In this document: positions 53,379 to 63,377 of the stretch, in pieces
Layout: each line of letters opens with the position of its first letter
Numbering within the stretch: position 1 is the stretch's first letter
Source of the DNA: Candidatus Marinacidobacterales bacterium
GTDB lineage: Bacteria; Acidobacteriota; Vicinamibacteria; Marinacidobacterales; SMYC01
NCBI GenBank assembly: GCA_965237955.1
Contig: OZ250169.1
Span: forward strand, 7,776,001 to 7,840,000
Length of the DNA: 64,000 nt
Direction of reading: 5' to 3'
Notes under the pieces: model-generated
Databases searched by the model: none
What the model was told of the DNA's origin: nothing
What the model saw: the letters and a program-made list of their open reading frames with translations, nothing else
Made by a program: the position numbers and the translations under genes

Positions 53379-54668
53379 GCCTGCCAGCGCCCACTCCGTG
53401 AATGGGCTCGGTTAGCAGCAAGCTGCTCTCCGACACTGGCCTCCACCAATCAGACTCAAACTGGCCCAAATTCCCTGTCATGGTTTCCAGACTCGGATAG
53501 CTCCTTGTACTGGACCGTCTGCGGAGTCATCTTCGTTTCCTCCGTAAAACTCCGCTGGATGAATTCGAGGTTTGGCCAATTCGAATTCCGCTATTCGCCT
53601 TCTCCTCAGGCGCGATCTAGGCGTAGAGCGTCTTCTCATTGTCTGCGCGATTAAGTGGAAAAACGACACGATAAGCCCCAAAATCGCCCCAAATTGCACG
53701 CTAAGGACCTGTTTTGCTCTGTTTCTGATCGTTTCCAGCCAAGAATCGGAAGCTCCACTCGAGCCTCCCGACTGCGATAGCCGGAAAGATGTTCCCGTCG
53801 ACGAACATTCGCTGATGAGACGTAAAGCCTTTTGCGACAATGAGTAACGGTCGGAGCCGCCTCCGGAGGGTTTACGACACGGCCCTCTTTCAAGCGTCCA
53901 GGAGGTTGAGATTGCCGTATAGAAAATTTGATTGAAGCAAATTCGATTCCGGCTCAAACGACTACCCGTCGATGATGCGTGCGGGGACCAGCACGTGACG
54001 GAGGCCGTTAACTCACTGTAACAAAATAGGATAGAACGAAATTGGCACCAAGGTTGAAACCCGAGAGGGCGTAAAACAGCCTTCTCACAAAACCTGTGTA
54101 CGCGACAAGAAACTCAAGAAATGCGCGAAGCTCGAAACCTCCTGAATCTCCACTTACTTTTCTTTTTGAGGATTTCCGCCAAAAGCTGGACCACCTTTTG
54201 CCGAGACCGGATAGCTCCAACCTGCACCATCCGCCACCCCGTCCTGTGCCAAAACTCGGCCCTCTTGAAATAGCCGATAAATCAGCAGCTTAGCGTCTGT
54301 GTTTTGCGACGGTGCCAAGGGCTGTGGGCTTTGCAATCGTCTGGCTCGCGGGTGTTATCTTCGGATCCATCATGACGTACCATGTGCAAATCCTACTGTT
54401 GGTCAGGCAGCCGTTGTTCGATCGGGCAGCCCTTGCTGCTCACACAGACCTCATGGGTGCTTCCGCCATTAAGTGTTGGTAAAATGACGCTAAGACTTTA
54501 CGGTGCATTAAATTACAGCCATGGTCTTTCAAAAGGGCCGAGTTTTGGCACAGGACGCCCACAGGCGCGGCCCGTGGGGCAGGTGCAGGAACCGCTGGTA
54601 TTCCTCGGGACTCACGCCGGCAGTGACGAAATCCTGCAGGTGTCCCGACGCGTCCATGGTCGTGATCC

Positions 54669-54930
54669 CGTCCTGTGCCAAAACTCGGCCCTTTAGAAAT
54701 AGACCACAAATCAGCAGCTTAGACGCCCTTGGAATCCGCGCAGAATCCAGGGTATTTCGCGCCGCAGGGCTGACTTCCGACCCATGGGCTGGCGGATGAA
54801 TAAATAGAAGGCAGACCCCACAGCTCGTTGGGTTACCGACCGCCGGCGCCGGAAACGATTTGGTTGAAACCGGCTCCGCTACGCCGGCTTCAACCAGCTC
54901 TTGTCAGCACCGAATAACTGAGATACAACG
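54669..54930 (+). mobile_element. Chimeric mini-element: 54-bp end + DUF2924 upstream piece + two right ends
   Basis: 54723-54783 closely matches 51074-51134; then cggatgaataaatagaaggca and ccgaataactgagatacaACG (related copy at 47618-47694). Confidence 0.7.
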
Positions 54931-55195
54931 TGGTACTAGCCGTGGGGTCAGGTCAGGCCCGCGTGGCGCTCGTCGCGGATGGCAACGCGAATACGCAGAT
55001 CGGCCAGTGCGTGCCGTCCATCGCGATGGAGTTCCTGGCCGACAACCCGTGCGACCGCCTTGGGCCAGTGCTCGGCCTCCCACCGCACCTCGTGCAACAG
55101 CCCTCTCGCGACGTGCCGGCAGCCATCACGACGGTGCAGGCCTCGGGTTTCGGGTGTATAACGGGTCCATCCGGGGCAGGCAAAACGGAAATCCC

Positions 55196-55285
55196 GGTGA
55201 GAAGCCGAGCAATGGGCGCATCGCCGTGAAGGTGTTCAATCACCTCGGCGATGAGGTCATGAAGGTGTTCCGGGTCAACAGATGA
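55196..55285 (+). pseudogene. C-terminal tip of a type III Mod-like DNA methyltransferase
   Basis: KPSNGRIAVKVFNHLGDEVMKVFRV*; ATGA overlap with the DUF262 gene. Confidence 0.65.
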
Positions 55286-56186
55286 TTACGATTCATCCGC
55301 AATACCTCACCCTGTCGAAGCTGCTCGACGGCCGTCTGTTCCGCATTCCGGAATACCAGCGCTCCTACAGTTGGACATCGAGTGAGAGACAGGATCTCTT
55401 TGGAGACATCGAGAAGGTCCGTACCAAAGGGCAGGATGCGGGCCACTTCATGGCCGCAGTGGTCTGCCTACGGCGGGAGAAACAGACTCTCGGGACCGAC
55501 GAGTTCCACGTCCTCGAAGTCGTAGACGGACAGCAGCGTCTCACGACGCTCATCATCCTGTTGAACGCGATCAAACTGGCACTGAATCGCAAAGACAAGG
55601 CCGAGGCGAAGCTAGCGCGTGAACTATCTGAGCTGCTCGTCAAGGTCGAGGGCGACGAGTTGCTCCTGCTCCAGACCAATCATGACAGCAGCCACTACTT
55701 CGCGACCTTTCTTCGGAAAGGCACGTCTCCAGCATCGGCAACGGCCACGACGCTAGCCGACCGCGAGATTCTTCGGGCGATCGAGGATTGCCAGGCGTTC
55801 ACCGCAAAGTGGACGGATGGCGGCGAATCGCTGTCCTCTCTGGCGGCGCTGCTCAAGAATCGCCTGTTCTTCCTCCTGCACGAGATCGAGGACGAACAGA
55901 CGGTCTACACGGTCTTCGAGGTCTTGAATAGCCGCGGGTTGGACGTGTCGTGGCTGGACCGTCTCAAGAGCATCCTGATGGGGACGGCGTTCGAGCTGAA
56001 GAACGCCAATCTGGAGGGTCTGGTCAAGGACCTGCACACCGTCTGGCGGGATATCTACAGCGTCATCGGGCTAAGTCAGGGCCTGAGTACCGAAGCTCTC
56101 CGGTTTGCGGCCACTCTCAATGTCAAAGAGACGCCTAATCGCCCGCTGGGCGAGCGAGACGCTGTCGCGGAATTGCGAGGAGCCAC
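55282..56186 (+). pseudogene. DUF262 (GmrSD/SspE-like) protein, truncated by IS3
   Basis: IPEYQRSYSW, VVDGQQRLTT, FEVLNSRG; C-terminal nuclease region absent. Confidence 0.85.
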
Positions 56187-57336
56187 GGCGAACTCGACGT
56201 CCTCGAGACCACGCCAGGGCCCGCGTCGACGGATCACCTCGGTCTTGTAGAGGCCGATGATGGATTCAGCCAAAGCGTTATCGTAGGAGTCGCCTCGGCT
56301 GCCGACGGACGGCTCAATGCCCGCCTCGGCGAGCCGCTCGGTGTAACGGATCGAGACGTACTGCACGCCGCGATCGCTGTGATGCACCAATGGATCTTCT
56401 GGGTATAGTCGGCGCTCGTGTAGCGCCTGCTCCAACGCATCGAGAGCGATGTCGGCAGTCAACGATGTCGTCGCTCGCCAACCGACGATGAGTCGAGCGA
56501 AGACGTCGATGACGAAGGCGACATACACGAAGCCGCGCCACGTAGCGATGTAGGTCAGGTCCGAGACCCAGAGCTCGTTCGGGCGTGTGGCGTTGAAGTC
56601 GCGCTCCACGAGGTCCATCGGGCGAGTGCCGCTCGAATCCGGCTTCGTCGTCTTGAATCGACGTCCACGGACCGCGCCCTGGAGACCCATTTCACACATC
56701 AGACGGGCCACCGTGCATCGAGCCACGTCGCGGCCCTCACGGCAAAGCCGACGCCAGACCTTGCGCACGCCATACACGTCAAAGTTCTCCTGCCGTACAC
56801 GACGAATCTCGCCGCGGAGCTGAACGTCGCGCTTCGCTCTCGCTGGCAGGCGGCTTGGGTCCTTCTCTCGCGCTTTCTGCTCGTAATAGGTCGACGGGGC
56901 GATCGGGAGCGTCCGGCAGATCGGCTCGACCCCGTAACTCTCACGGTTCTCGTCGACGAACGACATCACCTCGGTCGGCGGTCGAGCTCCGCCTGGGCGA
57001 AAAACGCCGACGCCTTGCGAAGGATCTCGTTCGCCCGCTTTAGCTCACGGTTCTCTCGTTCGAGCTCCTTCAGCCGCTGACGCTCGTCCGTCGTCAGCCC
57101 CGCGCGCTTCCCAGCATCACGCTCTGCTTGCCGCACCCACGTGCGTAGCGTTTCCCGCGTGCAGTCAATCTTCGACGCGATCGATGAGATCGCTGACTAC
57201 TGAGATTCGTGCTGAGCCTGCTGGTCGAAAACCATCCGCACTGCTCGCTCTTTCAACTCCGGTGAATACCTGCTTCGTCTTGCCATGACTCCATCCTCTC
57301 ACGAGTTGGAGTCTCCGGAAAACCCGGGGCGGTTCA
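56187..57336 (-). mobile_element. Defective IS3 family copy (nonsense codon in orfA, right end deleted)
   Basis: Left IR at 57310-57336; TGG to TAG at 57197-57199; orfB from 56969 truncated after EDVEFA. Confidence 0.9.
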
Positions 57337-57812
57337 CTACACGTTGCCCTACGATATTCTCGTGAGCGGCTTACCAGGGCTCGACCGGTATTCCCATCCA
57401 CATCTTCCAACCTTTGCAGGCCGACCTGTCTCCGGGAGCCTACACGGTGCGCCATTTCCCACTCTGCCGCCCCCGCGTCGCAACCAAAGGCCATAGCGGC
57501 GGCGGCGGCGGTTGTAGGCCGGCTCCGCTTGGTAACCCCAATATCGTGGTGGAGACCAACATCGATGTGGCTGGGGAGCCAAGGGGTTTACGCCGGTTCG
57601 ACTTCAGACACAACCTCGACCTCCGAGTGGAAAAGCAGTTTCCGTTCGGGGACGGAATGAAGATCGGGCTCATCCTCGACGTGTTTAATGTAACCAACAC
57701 TAACCGAGTTACGTCCTTTAGGTCACTGAAATTCGACGTACCGCAATTCCTGCAGGTCTCGTCGATCGAAACACCCCGTATCCTGAGAATCGGACTGCGC
57801 TTCCAGTTTTAA
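57337..57812 (+). pseudogene. C-terminal fragment of an Oar-type TonB-dependent receptor
   Basis: NLDLRVEKQF...DVFNVTN...PRILRIGLRFQF*. Confidence 0.8.
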
Positions 57813-57866
57813 CAAGGGTTGGGAGGTAAAGAAGACGTAAACCTCTAGGTCTCGAAGGACGACACA

Positions 57867-57896
57867 AACCGGGGCGCCACTAGTGGCGCCCCGGTT
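57867..57896. terminator. Perfect 30-bp palindrome, probable bidirectional terminator
   Basis: aaccggggcgccactagtggcgccccggtt between convergent genes, followed by cctttatt. Confidence 0.7.
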
Positions 57897-57903
57897 CCTT
57901 TAT

Positions 57904-60870
57904 TCACTGTACTCTCGGTCGCATCGCGGCCCTTACCACCGTTATCTCAACGACGGCCTTCTCCAGGCGCGGAGACTCCGCGGTCAGCTTGATCACGCCC
58001 GGCTTCTTCGCCGCCTGGATGATGACCATGGCCAGGCCGTTGAACGCGCTTCGCTTGTCCGCCTTGTCCGGCTCGTGGCTCGACGGGTTGCCGTTGCCCA
58101 CGCCGATGATCTCCCCGGGGCCCTCCACCGTGAATTGCACCTCGTTCCCGGCGGTCGGTACCAGCCGACCCTGCGCGTCGAGGATCGAGACCCTTACGAG
58201 GGAAACATCTTCTCCGTCCGCGTTAATGCTCGAGCGATCGGGCTCGAGCGTGATGCCGGCCGGCTCCCCCGTCGTCTCGCGCCTGGTCTCGGCGACGACC
58301 TCTCCGTCCTGGAAGCACTTCGCCTTAAGCACTCCCGGCTCCCACTCGACCTTCCACGACAGGCTCGAGTACGGCTGCCTGTCCTGCCGTCCCCTGCTCT
58401 CGCCGTTGAGAAACAGCTCGACGCTCTCGCAGTTGGTGTAGGACCGGACGTCGATTATCCTATCGCTCTCCTCTCTGTCGGCCCAGTTCCAGTGAGGGAA
58501 TAGGTGAAGGACGGTCTCGCCGCTCCAGCTCGACTTGTAGTAGTAATAGTCGTCCTTGGGAAAAGCGCAGGTGTCCATGAAGCCGTATTGTGCGTTGATC
58601 GCTGGCCAGTCATGGGGATACGGCTCGCCGCGATAGTCCATGCCATTCCAGACGAATCCGCCCGCCACGTAATCAGACTCGGCCACCATGCGCCAGGTCC
58701 GCTCGGCCCTGGGGTTGTAGCAGCTGCGATGGCCTTTCTTTGCGTCCTCGTCATAGACCCCGCGCGTCGTCTTAGCATAGGCGGTCTCGAGGGCGACCAT
58801 CGGGCGCTCCGGATTCTCAGCATGGTATTCGCCGTAAGTATCCGGGTTGAAACCCCTGACATCGATGACGTCCATCAAGGTTAAGAGACCTTCTAATAAA
58901 TCAATCTCATCAGGCGAGCGCGCGCCTCCGAGTGGTCCCACGGGCCCGGTGGTGGGTCGGTAGGGGTCCAGCCGCTTGATTACGTCATACACCGCCTGCA
59001 CCCGTTTGCGTGCCTCCTCGACGCGCCGCCCCAACCCCCCGTTGTACATGCTCCAGAGGACGATGCTGGGGTGGTTCCTGTCGCGCCGCACCAAGCTTTC
59101 CACGGTGGCCAGCACCTCCTCCGAATCACCCAGGTGGCGGTTCTCATTCATCACCAGCATCCCCAAGCGGTCGCACGCTTCCAGTACCTCCACGGTCGGC
59201 GGGTTGTGCGCAGCGCGGTAGGCGTTGGCACCCATCTCCTTGAGCTTTTCTATCTTGTAAACGTTGATCCTGTCCGGCAGGGCGACGCCCACTCCTGCGA
59301 AGTCATCGTGGAGGTTGACTCCGTTGATCTTCACGTGTTTACCGTTGAGGAAGAACCCGTTCCCGTCGAAGCGGAAATACCGGACCCCCAGCGGCGTCTC
59401 GTACCGGTCGGTGACGCGCCCGCCGCTCTTAACCGTAGTCTTTACCGCATATAAGTATGGATTCTCCAGCGACCACAGCGTCGGGCCTTGTATCGTCACG
59501 TCCTGGCTGAATTCGTACTCCTGACCCGCTGGGATATTCTGCTCCGCCTCGGACGTCACTACCGAGTTGCCTTCTATGTCGGTAATCGTGCTCGTGAGCG
59601 TGCACTCCATCGACTCCGCGCCGTCGTTGACCACCGTCGTCTTGATGTTGACCTCAGCCAGCTCGTTCGTGACCTCCGGCGTGGTGACGAAGGTCCCCCA
59701 GTGACCGACGTGCAGGGGGTCGAGCTTCGTCAGCCAGACGTGGCGGTAGATGCCTCCGCCCTCGTACCACCAGCCCTCATCCCAGTCCGCGTCGGCACGC
59801 ACCGTCACCACATTCTTCCCGCCGAAGTTCGCCGCGTCGGTGATGTCGTAATAAAAGCCCGTGTAGCCACTCCAGTGGTGACCGAGCCAGTGACCGTTTA
59901 CCCAGACGTCGCTGTTCCTGTAAACGCCGTCGAACTGAAGCCAAATCCGCTTGCCCTTGTCCGCGGCCGGGAGCTCGAAGCGGCGGCGGTACCAGCCGAC
60001 GCCCTTGGGCTTGTAACCATGGTCCCTGTCGTACCAGAGCTGGAAGCCGCCGGGCCTTTTACCATGGGGCTTGTCCGCCCCCTTGGGGTCGAACTCGCCC
60101 CCCACCACGAAGTCGTGGGGAACGCGGACTTCTTCCCAGCCGCTGTCGTCGAAGTCGACGGACGCCGTCTTCACCGACCGCATCTTCTCGTCGTCTTCCC
60201 ACAGGGCCGGCCTGTTATACAGGACCGCACCGTCAATGCCGCCGCGGCCCCCGGTGTTGTGCACCAGCACCGCCAGCTCGTTCGGCCCACCCCTGTTCCA
60301 GGCGGAGCCCAGAGTGACCTCGAACGGATCGTCAGCTCCCTCGTGGTAGAGGAGCCTCTTCCCGTTGACGTAAATGGTCGCGTTGTCGCCCACGGATTGA
60401 AAATAAAGCCGAGACCATCCGGTCGGCGATGCTCCGAGCTCCGCGCGAAACCAGGCAAGACCCTCCCTGCCCTCAAACACATCGCTACCCGGCTCCGTCT
60501 CCTCCCAAGCGGAGATATCGAGCCCGGGCGCCGCCATCTTTTCCGCCTCACCGATCCTCCCGCTGAAGAAGAACGCGCCGCTGCCCTCCTCCGTCTCCTC
60601 CCAACCGGGGATATCGAGCCCGGGCGCCGCCATCTCTTTCTCCTTGCTCATCTTCCAGCGCCACTTCTCTATGGTCTTTCCCCGAGGCAAGGGAGTGAAT
60701 CCCTCTATCCTTCCCCGGTAGAAACGCCAGCCTTCGTCCATGAGAAGTTTCTGTCTTGGGTTCTTGTCCCGGTGATCTCGCGGCGCGCATGCGCTCGCTG
60801 TTAAGAATATGGAAATAAGACCCATGGAGGGAAACAGAATGAAAAAGGCTTTTAAGCTCATTTTTCTCAT
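57904..60870 (-). CDS. Glycoside hydrolase family 2 (beta-galactosidase-like) lipoprotein
   Basis: Lipobox ASAC; VPHD, FDGVY, WWYEGGGIYR, GANAYRAAHNP, RDRNHPS, WNGMDYRGEP, GVGNG. Confidence 0.92.
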   Translation of the reverse strand: MRKMSLKAFFILFPSMGLISIFLTASACAPRDHRDKNPRQKLLMDEGWRFYRGRIEGFTPLPRGKTIEKWRWKMSKEKEMAAPGLDIPGWEETEEGSGAFFFSGRIGEAEKMAAPGLDISAWEETEPGSDVFEGREGLAWFRAELGASPTGWSRLYFQSVGDNATIYVNGKRLLYHEGADDPFEVTLGSAWNRGGPNELAVLVHNTGGRGGIDGAVLYNRPALWEDDEKMRSVKTASVDFDDSGWEEVRVPHDFVVGGEFDPKGADKPHGKRPGGFQLWYDRDHGYKPKGVGWYRRRFELPAADKGKRIWLQFDGVYRNSDVWVNGHWLGHHWSGYTGFYYDITDAANFGGKNVVTVRADADWDEGWWYEGGGIYRHVWLTKLDPLHVGHWGTFVTTPEVTNELAEVNIKTTVVNDGAESMECTLTSTITDIEGNSVVTSEAEQNIPAGQEYEFSQDVTIQGPTLWSLENPYLYAVKTTVKSGGRVTDRYETPLGVRYFRFDGNGFFLNGKHVKINGVNLHDDFAGVGVALPDRINVYKIEKLKEMGANAYRAAHNPPTVEVLEACDRLGMLVMNENRHLGDSEEVLATVESLVRRDRNHPSIVLWSMYNGGLGRRVEEARKRVQAVYDVIKRLDPYRPTTGPVGPLGGARSPDEIDLLEGLLTLMDVIDVRGFNPDTYGEYHAENPERPMVALETAYAKTTRGVYDEDAKKGHRSCYNPRAERTWRMVAESDYVAGGFVWNGMDYRGEPYPHDWPAINAQYGFMDTCAFPKDDYYYYKSSWSGETVLHLFPHWNWADREESDRIIDVRSYTNCESVELFLNGESRGRQDRQPYSSLSWKVEWEPGVLKAKCFQDGEVVAETRRETTGEPAGITLEPDRSSINADGEDVSLVRVSILDAQGRLVPTAGNEVQFTVEGPGEIIGVGNGNPSSHEPDKADKRSAFNGLAMVIIQAAKKPGVIKLTAESPRLEKAVVEITVVRAAMRPRVQ

Positions 60871-61326
60871 TTGGTAACTTCCTTTTGGATTAGCTCATCA
60901 TTATTATTACAGCGGTTGATGTAGGCCTTAAAGATTTTTTCCCTGAGGGGGCGTTTTTCGGAATACCGGAGGAACACTGCTACTGTTTGCAATAATACCC
61001 CACTTCGCTCCATGGCAAGGGATTCAAAAAACTTTTCAAATTAAGGAGACGATGCTATGAGAAAAAAAATGCCGCTGGTTTTTTTGGTCTGCCCGTTCCT
61101 GTTCTTCACATATGGCGCTAAAATCACGCTGGGAGCGCCTGAGCTTGCAGAGCCCAAGGCTCAGGTGATGATAGAAGTTTCTGCCGACCCCGTCCTGTGC
61201 CAAAACTCGGCCCTTTTGAAATAGGCCATAAATCAGCAACTTAGTGTCTGTGTTTGCGACCGGGCCAAGGGCCGTGGGCTTTACAATCGTCTTGGACGGG
61301 CGGGTCGTCACCATGCAGATGACCAC

Positions 61327-61459
61327 CTAGTCCCCTGGATCTTTGATTACTATACAAAGTTAGGCTTTTCGCCAGCCCATAAGATTCATAAGATTCATGC
61401 ACTTAGAATGGTTTCGGCAAGCTCTGCTTTATCTAGTTTGTTCTGATACAGGGGACTAG
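61327..61459. mobile_element. 133-bp AT-rich MITE bounded by CTAG
   Basis: ctagtcccctggatc / gatacaggggactag IR; internal cataagatt tandem. Confidence 0.65.
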
Positions 61460-61548
61460 TCGAGAGCGAATATCGAAGCATGTTCCTGAAGCTGTTTCCA
61501 CGCTACGCCGGTCGAGCCCGCCGAGGGGCTACCGTCGCCGGCGACCAT

Positions 61549-62618
61549 TTACGCGGCACGGCAGTAGTAGTTGAGAATGCCCCCAAGTCGCTCTCGCGAC
61601 ACGATGGGGCCAGTGTCATTCGCGCTTGCCGGCAGAGGTGTGAGGAGCTCGTTGCCGAGACCTTGGTGGTTCCGTTCTGTGTGATAGTGCACTACGTATT
61701 CGGTTACCGCTGTGCGCAGGTGTCGCTCGCTGAGAGGTACGAAGCGGTCGAGACACTCTCGACGTATGGAGAGAACGAATCTTTCCGCGTATGCGTTCAG
61801 ATTCGGACTATTGGCGGGAAGGCGCAGGGGCTTCACGCCTGAATCTCTCAACAGCCCACGTACCGCCTCGGTGAATAGCGGGTCCCGGTCGTGGATGAGG
61901 TATCGCTTGCCAAGGAGGAAACCATCCCACATGTCAGTGAGGTTTCTTGCCACCTGCTTCATCCACTCCCCGTTGGGGTCCGACGTTATCCCACCGATGC
62001 ACACGCAGCGAGTGGCGATATCGATGACAAACAGGACATGGTAGCGGACGAGCCCGAACGGGTTCACCACCTCGACGGTGAACAGGTCTGTCGCAGCGAT
62101 GCGCCCCAATGAGCCTTGATGAAGGTGCTCCACGACATGCTCTTGCCCCGCTCCGGCGCAGGCGCGATACCGTGCTCGGCGAGGATCCTCTTGATAGTGT
62201 TGCGTCCGAGTTCATGTCCTAGGTTCTTGAGTGCGCCTCGCAGGCGCGTATATCCCCACGTCGGGTTCTCCCGCGCCACGCGCACAATGAGCTCACGGAT
62301 GTCCTTCGCCGTCGGAGGTCGGCCTGGACTCCGGTTCTTGCTGCCATCGTACTTGGCTGCGATGAGGTGGCGGTACCAGCGCAGAAGCGTAGCGGGTGTG
62401 GCAACGGACGCAATCTGGGCCAGCGCCTCGCGGCCCAAAGCCTGGGCCTTGACCGCGAGCCTGCGCCGGTCGTCGTCCGAGAGACTGAGACGCTTGCCCC
62501 GAAGCCCGGCTCGGAGCACACGGTTCTCCTCTTGCAGGTAGTCGATCACATCCTGCTGCTGGCGGTTGACCCAGCCAGCTAGAACGAGCAGTAGGAATTG
62601 CACGTGGTACGTCATCAT
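61549..62618 (-). pseudogene. rve/IS481-like transposase with 1-bp frameshift (about 62100)
   Basis: [29 protein letters not shown] / [42 protein letters not shown]; 54-bp left end at 62693-62746. Confidence 0.88.
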
Positions 62619-62771
62619 GGAGCTGAAGATAACACCCTCGGGCCAGACGATTGTAAAGCCTACGGCCCTTGGCCCCGGCGCAAACACAGACACTAAGCTG
62701 CTGATTTATGGCCTATTTCAAAAGGGCCGAGTTTTGGCACAGGACGCCCTCGACTCTGAGAGCGATGACCC

Positions 62772-62930
62772 CGTCCTGTGCCAAAACTCGGCCCTTTTGA
62801 AATAGACCGCAAGAGCGAACCTTTCGACGTTTACAATGACGTCGGATCACCTCATCCGTTCGCCGCGAAGCCGCTAATCCTGGCAGCTCTAAACTGCGGA
62901 ATCAACGACGGATCGAGTTTTTGCGGAGCA
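62772..62930 (+). mobile_element. 159-bp chimeric mini-element
   Basis: Truncated left end plus right end cggatcgagtttttgcggagcACA. Confidence 0.6.
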
Positions 62931-62973
62931 CAGGCCATTCGTAACGAAGTCGTCGGCATCTTTGGAACACTCC

Positions 62974-63377
62974 TCACTCAACGTCCTCACCCGTCAGGGC
63001 GTACTCGAACCGGTCGCACTCTTTCGCCAACGTCTCGACATACAACTGCAGCTCTTCGCGATCCAGCGTCGCGGCGGGAACTTCGATTACGCCAATGAGT
63101 GCGTCCTGCTCATCGAAGGAGAACGTGACCAGCTCTTTGGCCGCGTTCCGCCGCCACGCGCGGTACGCGAGGTCCCGCCAAGCCCTATCGGATGTCGTGA
63201 CTAGCTTCGGTGGAAGCACTGATGATCGAAACACGTACCGGTCTTGCGTCCGCGCACATCGCACGACTTGCGTCCGGGAACGTTTCGTCAACTGAACTTG
63301 AATGTTGTGCCCCTCCCGGCGCCACGAAACCAACGCAGACTTAATGAGCTCGTCGATTCGGGGATCAGTCGTTCCAT
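62974..63377 (-). pseudogene. Hypothetical protein (YbjN/chaperone-like fold suspected), frameshift near start
   Basis: ATG at 63377 overlaps the upstream stop but the body (RIDELIK...ECDRFEYALTGEDVE) is in another frame. Confidence 0.55.

Noticed and set aside
53478-53957. Overlapping ORFs downstream of the recombinase
   Set aside because: No RBS, motif or clear coding bias on either strand
36088-62808. 54-bp repeat read as a CRISPR array or integron attC set
   Set aside because: Copies are dispersed, in both orientations and irregularly spaced; no cas or intI gene; one copy is the end of an rve transposase element
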